Below are positions 24,956 to 36,533 of a stretch of 64,000 nt of DNA, piece after piece. Made by a program: the position numbers and the translations under genes. Each line of letters opens with the position of its first letter. Position 1 is the first letter of the stretch. The notes under the pieces were generated by a model. The model searched no databases, was not told where the DNA came from, and worked only from the letters and a program-made list of their open reading frames with translations. The stretch spans positions 44,208,001-44,272,000 of the forward strand of contig NC_086097.1 in NCBI RefSeq assembly GCF_963921235.1. Reading direction: 5' to 3'. Source of the stretch: Mobula hypostoma. Lineage: Eukaryota.

Positions 24956-26626
24956 TACACTTTTTCTTGAGCAAAAGTTGATAATTGTGATTGGCATTTC
25001 TAATTAATCTGATAATGTAATTTTTAAATTTCCTTGTTGAATATGCTCAATAGCACACAAATTGGTGGTCAATCTAAATGTAGAATATTTTGCATTCAAG
25101 CAAATTTTTATATTAATTGTTTAATATGCAGATATTTATCTTCTAGCAATGGTGGGAGACCTGACCAATATAAAGAACAATATACTGACAATGCGTATAA
25201 TATATTTATTTGTATATAATAAGTCAGAGTGTAACATTACTGAGCCCTTTGAAATGTCTCTAAATGATCAGGTATTGAAATGTTTGCCAAAGGCTGCATT
25301 TTGCAAGATTCTGGATGACTTTGATGCAATTCTAGCAATTTCTCTTAATGAATAAGGCTGGTATGAAGACCATAAGATATAGGAGCAGAAGTAGGTGATT
25401 CGGCCTATCGACTCTGCTCCACCATTCAACCATAGGCTGATCCAATTCTTCAAGTCATTCCCACTCCCCAGCCTTCTCCCCATACCCTTTGATGCCCTGG
25501 CTAATCAAGAACCTATCTAACTCTATCTTAAATGCACCCAATGACTTGGCCTCCACAGCGGCTCATGGCAACAAATTCCAAAGATTTACCACCCTCTGAC
25601 TAAAGTAATTTCTCTGCATCTCTGTTCTAAATGGACCTCTTTCAATCCTGAAGTCGTGCCCTCTTGTCCTGGGCTCCCCTACCATGGGAAATAACTTTGC
25701 CATATCTAATCTGTTCAGGCCTTTTAACATTCGGAATGTTTCTATGAGATCCCCCGCTCATTCTCCTGAACTCCAGGGAAGACAGCCCAAGAGCTGCCAA
25801 ACATTTCTCATACGGTAACCCTTTCATTCCTGGAATCATTCTTGTAAATCTTCTCTGAACCCACTCCAATGTCAGTACATCCTTTCTAAAATATGGAGCC
25901 CAAAACTGCACAGAATACTCTAAGTGTGGACTCACGAGTTCCTTATAGAGCCTCAACATCACATCCCTGCTCTTATATTCTATACCTCTAGAACCTCTTC
26001 ACCACCGACTCAACCTGGAGGTTAACCTTTAGAGTGTCGTGCACAAGGACTCCCAAGTCCCTTTGCACCTCTGCATTTTGAATTCTCTTCCCATCTAAAT
26101 AATACGCTGCCCATTTATTCCTTTCACCAAAGTACATGACCACACACTTTCCAACATTGTATTTCATTTGCCACTTCTTTGCCCACTCCCCTAAATTATC
26201 CAAGACTCTCTGCATGCTCTTTGTTTCCTCAACACTACCCACTCCTCCACCAATCTTTGTATCTTTGGCAAATTTAGCCACAAATCCATTAATCCCATAG
26301 TCCAAATCATTGACATACATCGTAAAAAGCACTGGTCCCAACACCAACCCCTGTGGAACTCCACTGGTAACCGGCAGACAACCAGAATAGGATCCCTTTA
26401 TTCCCACTCTCTGTTTCCTGCTGATCAGCCACTTCTCTGCCCATTCTTCCAATCTATCCAAGTCTCTCTGCAGAGCCTCCGTTTCCTCAGCACTACCGGC
26501 CCCTCCACCTATCTTCGTATCGTCAGCAAACTTAGCCACAAAGCCATCTATTCCATAATCCAAGCAACACACATCAAAGTTGCTGGTGAACGCAGCAGGC
26601 CAAGCAGCATCTATAGGAAGAGGCGC

Positions 26627-26662
26627 AGTCGACGTTTCAGGCCGAGACCCTTCGTCAGGACT
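26627..26662 (-). ncRNA. Minimal type-I hammerhead ribozyme motif, intact core
   Basis: Minus strand reads agtc-CTGACGA-agggtctcggcct-GAAA-cGTC-gact. Confidence 0.75.
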
Positions 26663-27388
26663 AACTGAAGGAAGAGTGAGTAAGGGATTTGAAAGCTGGA
26701 GGGGGAGGGGGAGATGCAAAATGATAGGAGAAGACAGGAGGGGGAGGGATAGAGCCGAGAGCTGGACAGGTGATAGGCAAAAGGGGATACGAGAGGATCA
26801 TGGGACAGGAGGTCCGAGAAGAAAGACGGGGGGGGGTGACCCAGAGGATGGGCAAGAGGTATATTCAGAGGGACAGAGGGAGAAAAAGGAGAGTGAGAGA
26901 AAGAATGTGTGCATAAAAATGAGTAACAGATGGGGTACGAGGGGGAGGTGGGGCCTAGCGGAAGTTAGAGAAGTCAATGTTCATGCCATCAGGTTGGAGG
27001 CTACCCAGACGGAATAGGAGGAACAACACCTTATATTCCGTCTGGGTAGCCTCCAACCTGATGGCATGAACATTGACTTCTCTAACTTCCGCTAGGCCCC
27101 ACCTCCCCCTCGTACCCCATCTGTTACTCATTTTTATGCACACATTCTTTCTCTCACTCTCCTTTTTCTCCCTCTGTCCCTCTGAATATACCTCTTGCCC
27201 ATCCTCTGGGTCACCCCCCCCCCGTCTTTCTTCCCAGACCTCCTGTCCCATGATCCTCTCGTATCCCCTTTTGCCTATCACCTGTCCAGCTCTCGGCTCT
27301 ATCCCTCCCCCTCCTGTCTTCTCCTATCATTTTGCATCTCCCCCTCCCCCTCCAGCTTTCAAATCCCTTACTCACTCTTCCTTCAGTT

Positions 27389-27424
27389 AGTCCTGACGAA
27401 GGGTCTCGGCCTGAAACGTCGACT
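27389..27424 (+). ncRNA. Minimal type-I hammerhead ribozyme motif, intact core
   Basis: agtc-CTGACGA-agggtctcggcct-GAAA-cGTC-gact. Stem I agtc/gact, stem II agg/cct, palindromic ACGT in place of stem III, GUC cleavage triplet at 27418-27420. Confidence 0.75.
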
Positions 27425-29794
27425 GCGCCTCTTCCTATAGATGCTGCTTGGCCTGCTGCGTTCACCAGCAACTTTGATGTGTGTTGCTTGAATTTCCAGC
27501 ATCTGCAGAATTCCTGTTGTTTATTCCATAATCCAAATCGTTGATGGACAATGTAAAAAGAAGCGGCCCCAACACTGATCCCTGTGGAACACCACTGGTA
27601 ACCGGTAGCCAACCAGAATAGGATCCCTTTATTCCCACTCTCTGTTTTCTGCTGATCAGCCAATGCTCCACCCATGCTAGTGACTTCCCTGTAATCCATG
27701 GGCTCACATCTTATTAAGCAGCCTCATATGCAGCACCTTGTTCAAGGCCTTCTGAAAATCCAAGTACACCACATCTACTGCATCTCCTTTGTTTACCTTG
27801 CTTGTTATTTCCACAAAAAATTGCAGTAGGTTAGTCAGGCAGGATTTTCCTTTCAGGAAACCATGCTGGCTTTGGCCTATCTTGTCATGTGCCTCCAGGT
27901 ACTCTGTAATCTCATCCCTAACAATTGATTCCAACAGCTTCCCAACCACTGATATCAGGCTAACAGGTCTATAGTTTCCTTTCTGCTGCCTTCCAGCCTT
28001 CTTAAATAGCAGAGTAACATTTGCAATTTTCCAGTCATCCAGTACAATGTCAGCATTTATTGATTCTTGAAAGATCATTGTTAATGCCGCCACAATCTCT
28101 CCAGCTACTTTCTTCAAAACCCGAGGGTGCATTCCATCAAGTCCAGGAGATTTATCCACCCTCAGACCATTAAGCTTCCTGAGCACCTTCTCAGGCATAA
28201 TTTTCACTGCACATACTTCACTTCCCTGACACTCTTAAATGTCCAGTATACTGCAGACATTTTCCACTGTGAAGACTGATGCAAAACACACATTCAGTTC
28301 CTCTGTCATCTCTGCATTTCTCATTACAATATCTCCAGCATAATTTTCTATTGGTCCTATATCTACCCTCAACTCTCTTTTACCCTTTATATCCTTTCAT
28401 AATTCATTTTTTTCTTCCTAATGACCTTATTAGTTTCCTTCTGCAAGTTTTTAAAAGCTACCCAATCCTCTATCTTCCCACTAGCTTTGGCTTCCTTGTA
28501 TACCCTTTCTTTTGCTTTTATTTTGGCCCTAACTTCACTTGTCCGCCACGGTAGTGTCCTTCTTCCATTCGAAAATTTCTTCTTATTTGGAATATATCTG
28601 TCTTGCACTTCCCTTATTTTTCGCAGAAACTCCAACCACTGCTGCTCTGCTGTCCTTCCTGCTAGTGTCTCTTTCCAGTCAGCTTTGGTCAGTTGCCCTC
28701 TCATGCCATTGTAATTTCCTTTATTCCACTGAAATACCGACACATTGGAATTTAGTTTCTCCTTCTCAAAAATCAAAGTGAACTCGATCATATTGTGACC
28801 ACTGTTCCCTAAGGGTTCCTTAACCTTAAGCTCTCTTATCACCTCCAAATCATTGCACAACATCCAATCCAGCACAGCTGATCCCCTAGTGGGCTCAACA
28901 ACAAGCTGTTCTAAAAAGCCATCCCTTAGACATTCTACAAATTCTCTCTCTTAAGGTCCAGTACTGGCCGGGTTTTCCAAATCCACTTTCATGTTAAAAT
29001 CCCCAAAGATTATCATGACATTGCCTTTCTGACACGACTTTTCTATCTCCTGCTGTAATTTGTAATCTACATCCCGGCTGCTGTTTGGAGGCCTGTATAC
29101 AACTGCCATTAGGGTTCTTTTACCCTTGGCATTTCTTAACTCAACCCATAGAGACTCTATACCTTCCAATTCTATGTCATCCCTTTCTAATGATTTAGTA
29201 TTATTTTTTATACACAGGGCCACATCACCCCCTCTGCCTACTAACCTATCTTTCAGATACACTGTATGTCCTTAGATGTTCAGCTCCCAATGGCAGCCAT
29301 CCTTTAGCCAAGTTTCAGAGATGGCCAAAACATCATACTTGCCAATCTGTAGCTGAATTTCAAGATTGTCCATTTTATTCCTTATGCTGCATGCATTCAA
29401 ATATAAAATTTTCAGTCCAGTATTTGTTGCTTTCTGTTTTAAGTGCACCATGCCTCTATTGTCCTGTAACTCATCCCACTGGCTGTGATTATACCTCATC
29501 TCCTGCCTGTCCTTTCTATCATTTCTGTTGCACTCTACCTTTGATTTATTTCTGTTTTTCCCTTCCTCAGCCCTATCACTCCGGTTCTCATCCTCCTGCT
29601 AAATTAGTTTAAATCCTCCCGAACATCTCTATTAAACCTGCCTGCTAGGATATTGGACCGTTTTGGGCTCAGGTGTAACCCGGCCTTTTTGTACAGGTCA
29701 AACCTCTCCCACTGATCCAGGAACCCGAAGCCCTGTCCCCTACAGCAGTCTCTCAGCCATGCTTTAATATGCTTGATCATGCTGTTCTTGCACT

Positions 29795-30115
29795 CGTTGT
29801 TGGTTTATTATTGTCACATCTACCAAGATACAGTGAAAATCTTATCTTGCATACTGTTCATACAGATCAAATCATTACACAGTGCATTGAGGTAGAACAA
29901 CGTAAAACAGTAGTAAGGGGTATAGCTACAGACAAAGACAGTGCAGGTGAACAATAAAATGCAAAGTTGTAGGGAGGTAGATTGTGCTATTGTCCATCTT
30001 ATTGTACTGGGGAAGCACTTAGTCATGTTATTACAGTGGGGTAGATGTTGTTCTTGAGCCTGAAGGAATGTGTTTGCAATCTCTTGTGTCTTCTGCCTGG
30101 CCCGATGGGAGTGAG
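29795..30115 (-). mobile_element. LINE 3' end (Rex1-type)
   Basis: tttattattgtcac...gatacagtgaaaa 3'UTR-like end and a decayed C-terminal coding remnant. Confidence 0.6.
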
Positions 30116-32775
30116 AAGAAAGAATAACTTGCGTAGTTGGAATAATTCCACTCCAAAAAGGTATCTTAAAAGGGTTGTTCATAGAAATATGCAGGATAAT
30201 AAAGGGTAGAAAATCATCTGAAATAATATTTTTAAGTATACCAAGGTAAGAGAATAAGCGATCATAAATTTTTGGCTGTAAAGGGTAGGTTTAAGGCAGT
30301 TACAATATCTTCTTCTTTGTGGAAAGGATATGCAAATATTGGAATATCAAGCATTACTTGGGGGAAGCAAATGAATGCATGTTTAATGAACAGAATTACT
30401 GCAAACTCTGTGTAAGAAAATGATTTGGAGGCTGGAAATATGAATCACAGCAAACAATGCTGCAAAAAATGTCAATTTACTCAGGAAGAAAATGTACAGG
30501 AAGCCAAATCTATGGAAATGTCTCCAAATATAAATAGGGCAGTCTCCCCCCTGGAAAATGCGAGCAGAGAATATAAATTATGTGCATAAAATCAAAGCCA
30601 GTCACTTGCAGCTCTCGAGCTTGATTGACAACATTCTGAAATTAAGCTGAACTCAGTCCTCTCTGCCATCACTGGTCATAGCCTTGCACTTTATGCAACT
30701 TCTAATAAATCACCAGGAGCTGGTGTGGAAAAAGAGAAGTATTGTTATTCTGGAAGCATCAGAGTGAGTCGTTGAGTAATATTTTTTTTTATATTAACAA
30801 TCCTACGGTCATTGCTGTAATCAATATACTCATTTGTGATGTTAATGCAGTCACAGCCATAAACTTCACCGTAAATCAATTTACAAAACTATTTTGATTT
30901 CATACAATATAATTATTGAAATATTCACAGATATAACATAATACTGATGGTTATAAATTGGAAGCAATTTGTACACAATTTGTCCTTCCGTATTATACAT
31001 CAACATCAATGTAATAGCATATTAATTTGTGAACAAGCATATCAATGTGTGTTTCTTTTTGCATCCATAACATTAATAGTACTTACTTGTTTCTTCTAGT
31101 TGGTTTTGCTATTATTTGTCTGTCCTAACAGCTATCCTAAGCAATCAAAGTTTTCATTCATCTTTCTCGTTAGATTTTATTACATTTATTATTTTGTTCC
31201 ATCAGTATTGGACGATGTTCAAGACTTAAAAATGAACATAGTAAACAGAGAACTCCACCAAACAGCCTGCTTTGTAGCTGCAAAAGTTGTACAATTGGAA
31301 GAGGCTTAGTATTTCCTCTGAACCCCAGTAAACTTTAGAATGGGTAACAATAACTCCAATTTTGATTATTTCCTAGAGTTTTGTTCTTGCTGAAGTAGTT
31401 GGCTTTTGCACTTTCACCCAGAAAAAGAATGGATTTGAATTTAAAAATAGATCATTTCTGCTCCACGCATGGTGCTGCGATGATCATGAGGCTGCTGAGA
31501 ATTCATTACAGTTGTTAGTGAACAAGGGGACTAGATATTCATCCACAGTCACTCATGGTAAATATGTATTGAAATATAATAAGGAAGGGCAGTCATGCAT
31601 ATTTGGCAGAGGTGATGAATTTGTACCCTCTATGTTTGTTGAACATTATTGAAGCAATATGTTAATTAACAATTCAATTTCCTAATAAAATTAGATAATC
31701 TAAAATCCAGGCTAGACAATTATTTCAAAATTATTTTTGTTGCTGGTGTTAATAAGTGATGGCATATTCTGTGCAATGGAGAATTTTATCCAGACACAGC
31801 ATTAAATGCACATGGTCTGTAATGAGAAACACTATATTAATTTTCATACTGTGCTACTCAGCTCTAAAATTGTTCTGGAACCATTCAGTGGATTGGACAT
31901 AGTACAATTTGAAATATATCACTGCAGTTTTGCTGATGGTTTTGCCTTTGTGGAAACCAGCTGGATGCAGTACAAAAAATGCCACCATTTTTGTAAAGCT
32001 TTATTAAACTACCAGTAAACTTTTATCTCAAAACAATTAGCATAATTTGTCTATTGTATGCTGTCATATCTCCTGCTGCACTTTCTGCTTTATCATTGGA
32101 GAGTATCTAACTTGTTATGTTTTATGTATATTTATTAACAATAGCTTCTCTGAATTGGTTTTGGTTCATGTAATTCAAACAGTCAGATAGAATCTTCCAA
32201 CGTTACTTTCAGTCGTACAGCTGCTGCCAGTGATTTGACTGTCTGTACCAGAAACAACAAAATTTGCTCAGATTTATGTAAATGAGGCATTTATGAGCTA
32301 GTGACTGTAAGCTACCCTGGAAGTTCCATGATTGATTGCATAAAACTAAGTTTAGATTGCACACTGTAATAAAAAGTGGCAAAATCTGAAACCCTAAAAA
32401 CTCTAAAGCCCACGGTTTTTGACCTAATTGACTTGCCCTCGTTTCCTGCTGTTCAGGGCTCTAAGTGAAGCAATGAATTAATTGTACTTTCAATTTAAAG
32501 TACTATATTCGCTGGTCATGAAGTTGTCACTTTTACAACTGGTGGATGAAAAACAGATTTAATGCTTTACAGAACACTTACATTAAGCCAGGAAGTATTC
32601 CGAGCTTCCAGCCTGTCACTGTAATTCTCTACCTCACTCCTATTTCTAACCCTTCTGGCCTTAGCTTCCTACACTCTGCCAAAGAAGTTCAAAACAGGCC
32701 TGAGGAGACATACTTCATCTTCACACTCGGAATAATTCTGGGCTTGACATTGGTTAAATGTACAATTACCTGGAT

Positions 32776-33497
32776 TTTCAAAGATTCAAAGTACATTTAC
32801 TATCAAAAAATGTAGAAGTTATTCAACCCTGAGATTTGTCTGCTTACAGGCAGCCACAAAGCAAGAAACCCAAAAGAACCCAATTAAAAAAGACGAACAC
32901 ACAATGGGCAGAAAAAAAGAAAAAAAAACAACAAATCATGCAAACAGTAGAAGCAAGCTTCGGCATTCTGAAGCAAACTGAGTCCTTAGATCCGTATCTC
33001 CAGAGCAGCCTGGAGTAGGCCCAATACTTGGTCTCAGTTCATCATATTAGTGGGACAAATCATTGCAAAGCTCATAGACACGGAGAACCGCAGCTAGGGC
33101 AGTCTCACAGCCTCCGCACCATGGAGAGAGGAGTGAACATCACAGGAGAGTGAGCAAAATCTATCACCTCTGGTCCCGATACCCTGCTGTCCCAATCTAT
33201 CCGGGCTGGCATTTAAATTGTCCAAACAGCAGGTTGTGCCTCACATTAAAACCCCACTGCAGCAAAATGCTCCAGGCTAGACCACACCGCCCAGCACTTC
33301 ACTCTGGGCCTTGTCGCCCAGCCCAAGGCCGTTCTCGACCTCTCCAAATTGACTGGGCATTTAGAGCGATCCAAGCTCACACCCTGGCTAGTTGGACAGG
33401 CCTCGAAACTCCTCGATTTACCCCTCTCTGAATCATTCACTCCAACTCTATTTGCATTGATTTTGCAACGCACCAGCACAGACTCCCTCAAATTCAC
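32776..33497 (-). mobile_element. Non-coding interspersed element of about 720 bp (copy 1)
   Basis: Collinear with 51141-51883 from the tail ttcaaagattcaaagtacattta to caaattcac. Confidence 0.75.
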
Positions 33498-33654
33498 ATC
33501 ACCCCTGTTTTTATATTGGATTTCCAGTACGTCAAGTAATTTCACATTATTCTGTAATTATTCTTCTTCCAACTTGATCTTTGGGTGCCTTACCTGATCT
33601 ACCACTCTCCCCTTTAGGACTGGACCATCATTCCTCTTGTTATTTTCTTTGTCA

Positions 33655-33775
33655 TGTCATCAAACGTTACGGAGAGTGGGGCTGAGGAGGGGAAAAAAGT
33701 ATCAGCCATGATTTTCTGGTGGAGCAGATTCGATGGGCCAAATGGCGTAATTCTGCTCCTATGTCTTATGGGTTT
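33655..33775 (+). mobile_element. CR1 3' terminus
   Basis: ggagcagattcgatgggccaaatggc...gctcctatgtcttatgg. Confidence 0.8.
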
Positions 33776-34860
33776 CCATTCTACCACAAACCTCTTGTGT
33801 TGTGGCCTCCTCCCTTCTCCCTTTTACTGCAGCTGTATTTTCTCCCAGTTCTGATGAAAGGACATCTTTCTGTAATTTGGCCTGAGATGTTATTCCAGTA
33901 TTTCCTAATTTTTATTTCATATTTTCAAACTAACCATTGTTTTTACCTCACTTGCTTACCTCTCACTCCTGATCTTGCTGACCTACATTGGCTTTTGTTC
34001 CCTTAGCACCCTTTTATACATTTGTTCCAGTGTCCCTTGACTACCACTGTAACCTTCCACAAAGCTCTTAAATATTCTTCATTCCACCAGCTCGGGCCTT
34101 TGGTGCTTCCTCAAACACCTCACCTTCACTCATCTAGACGCCATACTCATCTCTTCCTTTCCTGAAGCTCACTTCATTTTCACACCCCTCACTTCTTTTA
34201 CCCCCTTCTCTGCAACCCATTTCTTTTATCGATCATTTGATTGCTCATCTTAATATTTCCTCCTTTGTTTTGTGTCTATATTGGTCTAATTATTTTTGAG
34301 ATATAGTATGCTGCAGTTAAAGATATAAATGGAAAGTTATAATATGCTTTAAACTTTCCCTTTGTAGTAATAGAACTATCATCTATAATGAATTTAAGGT
34401 TGTTCATTGAAATGCTGTCAAACTGACCGCATTAAAAGGGAACAAACCTGGAATATGAAATGCATGAACACAGACTCAAGGGATTGAGACAGTGTCTGCT
34501 CTGACAACTGCCTGCTGCTTGCGCAGACATCTTGGCAGTTGTTACAATTTGGGATATAATACCATCAAAGGGTAGAATTCTTTTGCACGTATTATACTAT
34601 GTTTAATTGCTAGGAGGTGCATTGCTGTAGATTTCCTCTGCTTTATTTGTTACAATTTTGATTATGAGTCCTTTGCATTTACACAGCGCTAGCAATGAGA
34701 GAAATTGGAAGTGTAAGCCTTAAAGAGCCGATTCTGATCGGGACTTTATTAAATAGAACAGTATCAGACAAAATGTATTATAATAGGAAGACCATTCTGA
34801 CTATTGTGTCTGTTCTGCTTGAAAGCTGCCTAACCGAATCACTTAGTATTCAGCCTGGCA

Positions 34861-35020
34861 AAGTCATGGCTCTTTTTTTTGGCGTGTGCCTGCGTGCGTG
34901 CGAGTCTGTGCATGTGCGTCTGCGTGCGTCTGTGATGATGTCACAAGTCATGGCTCTTTTTTTTGGCGTGTGCGAGTCTGTGCATGTGCGTCTGTGATGA
35001 TGTCACAAGTCATGGCTCTT
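34861..35020 (-). repeat. Mini tandem array: two SINE-tail fragments between three copies of a 14-bp sequence
   Basis: aagtcatggctctt at 34861, 34945 and 35007. The inserts match 56731-56797. Confidence 0.85.
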
Positions 35021-35866
35021 AAAGTACACATTCAAGTCATTTTAACGTTATGAAAGTTTTGGTGTCTATCTTACCGCAGTCTAGAACTTCCTTCCACATT
35101 TAGGTCCAAATAATTGTAAGAGTTACTTTAGGGACTTGACCATGAACTGTAAGGCCAAAGTTTATTGTCCATTCGCAATTGATCTTGAGAAGATGGCAAT
35201 GTTGAGTCACTCTCTTGACCTGCTGCAGCCTCTATCATGAGCACACTGCCATGGTGCTGTTGTAGTGGGAGGTCCCAGTGTTGAACGGTCAGCAACACGT
35301 TTTGAAGTCAGGGTTATGCACGACTTGAAGGAGGTCCTGCTTTGGTGGAGATTGTGTTTTAATGCACTGGTGAGGTGTTTTATGGGTTATGCATTTTTCA
35401 GTGCTGTACAGTCTACATAATGTGCATTAGTGGATAAAGATTGAAGGTTTAGGGAAGTGGGTAGCTCTGTCCTGGATGATGTTGAGTTTCTCGAAAGTTG
35501 TTGGAGGAAGAGCAGCTTACTCCATCAAATTTCTGACTTTTATCTTGTAGGTGGTGTAAAGGGCTTGGGGTGTCAGGAAGTGAGTTGCCAGCTGAAGAAC
35601 TCTGAGAGGCTTTACTATAAGTATTTTCATACTCAAAGAAGTTGAGTTTCTGGTGTTCACAATTATGATGTGAAGGCTACAATGAAAAACTTGCTCGCAG
35701 CATCATCACAAGCCTGTAGGTACAGACAATGTAAATTATACAGGACTGTTATCTGCACTAAGGCATTGTCTTGGCACAAAGACACAATGAGAGACAAGTT
35801 GCTGAGGAAGGATTAGGGTACAAGAACCTAATAGTTATAAGAAAGTAGCTGTTTCTATATAGGAAA

Positions 35867-35952
35867 GGGCACAGTAGCTTAGAGGTTAGCACAACGCTTT
35901 ACAGTGCTAGCAATCACTGAGCAGGGTTCAATTCCTGCTGCTGCCTGTGAAG
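35867..35952 (+). mobile_element. tRNA-like SINE head (V-SINE type)
   Basis: A-box-like tagcttagagg and B box GGTTCAATTCC. Confidence 0.6.
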
Positions 35953-36533
35953 AGGAAGATTCCTTCGATGTCCTTGCTATCTGCTTATGAATGCAATTTA
36001 AAATAATAGACTGTGGAACTTAAGTTTAGGGTGAGTAAATAATGTGACCCATTTTCCATCAGGCTGCTGAATAAGGTTGTTACCTGGGATTCATGGTCTT
36101 GGGGATTGTCTCACTTGCCTTATTTCTGTGGTATGGACACCCTACATCCATATAGTTATCTGATATCCACATCTACAAGCAATTAAATTCAAGATATGGG
36201 AACATGCAAGAATGTGTTACATGAAGATATTACAGATTTTACAAATGGATAATGTTTGAGATTTATTCTCATGTCAAATTACTGTATAACAATACAAACC
36301 AGTTTTCATTTTGTTAAAACAAAAGAATCGGGCTAAAGGGTCCAGAATACAGACTCTATCCCAAAAATGCAAAGCTCAGCAGCTGGCTGAAATTGGAGAA
36401 ATGCTCCTGCAAATCGGGGGAGAAAGCAGATCAGTGACAGGAGAGGCCAGTACAGGTAACTTAACGACCAACATACAGGTTTCCCATTCGGTAAATCCAG
36501 ATCAAAGCACCTGATTCAATCTCTGCAAGCACA

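Larger units (their letters stand above)
26561..27521. mobile_element. Young palindromic Penelope-like insertion with a 15-bp TSD
   Basis: Arms 26561-27016 and 27034-27490 are near-perfect reverse complements. GIY-YIG C-terminus EEQHLIFRLGSLQPDGMNIDFSNFR* at 27018-27095. TSD tattccataatccaa at 26549-26563 and 27522-27536. Confidence 0.93.
25367..29760 (-). mobile_element. Long CR1 LINE (ORF1 end, APE endonuclease, RT), with a duplicated RT segment and a Penelope insertion
   Basis: Minus-strand ORFs: YLNACSIRNK, VYRPPNS, GDFN, KSPGLDGMHPRVLK, YLDFQKA, SGVPQG, FADD. 3' tail at 25367. Confidence 0.95.

Noticed and set aside
34861..35020. CRISPR-like repeat-spacer pattern
   Set aside because: The repeats are only 14 bp, the spacers are homologous to each other and to a SINE tail, there are no cas genes, and the context is eukaryotic.
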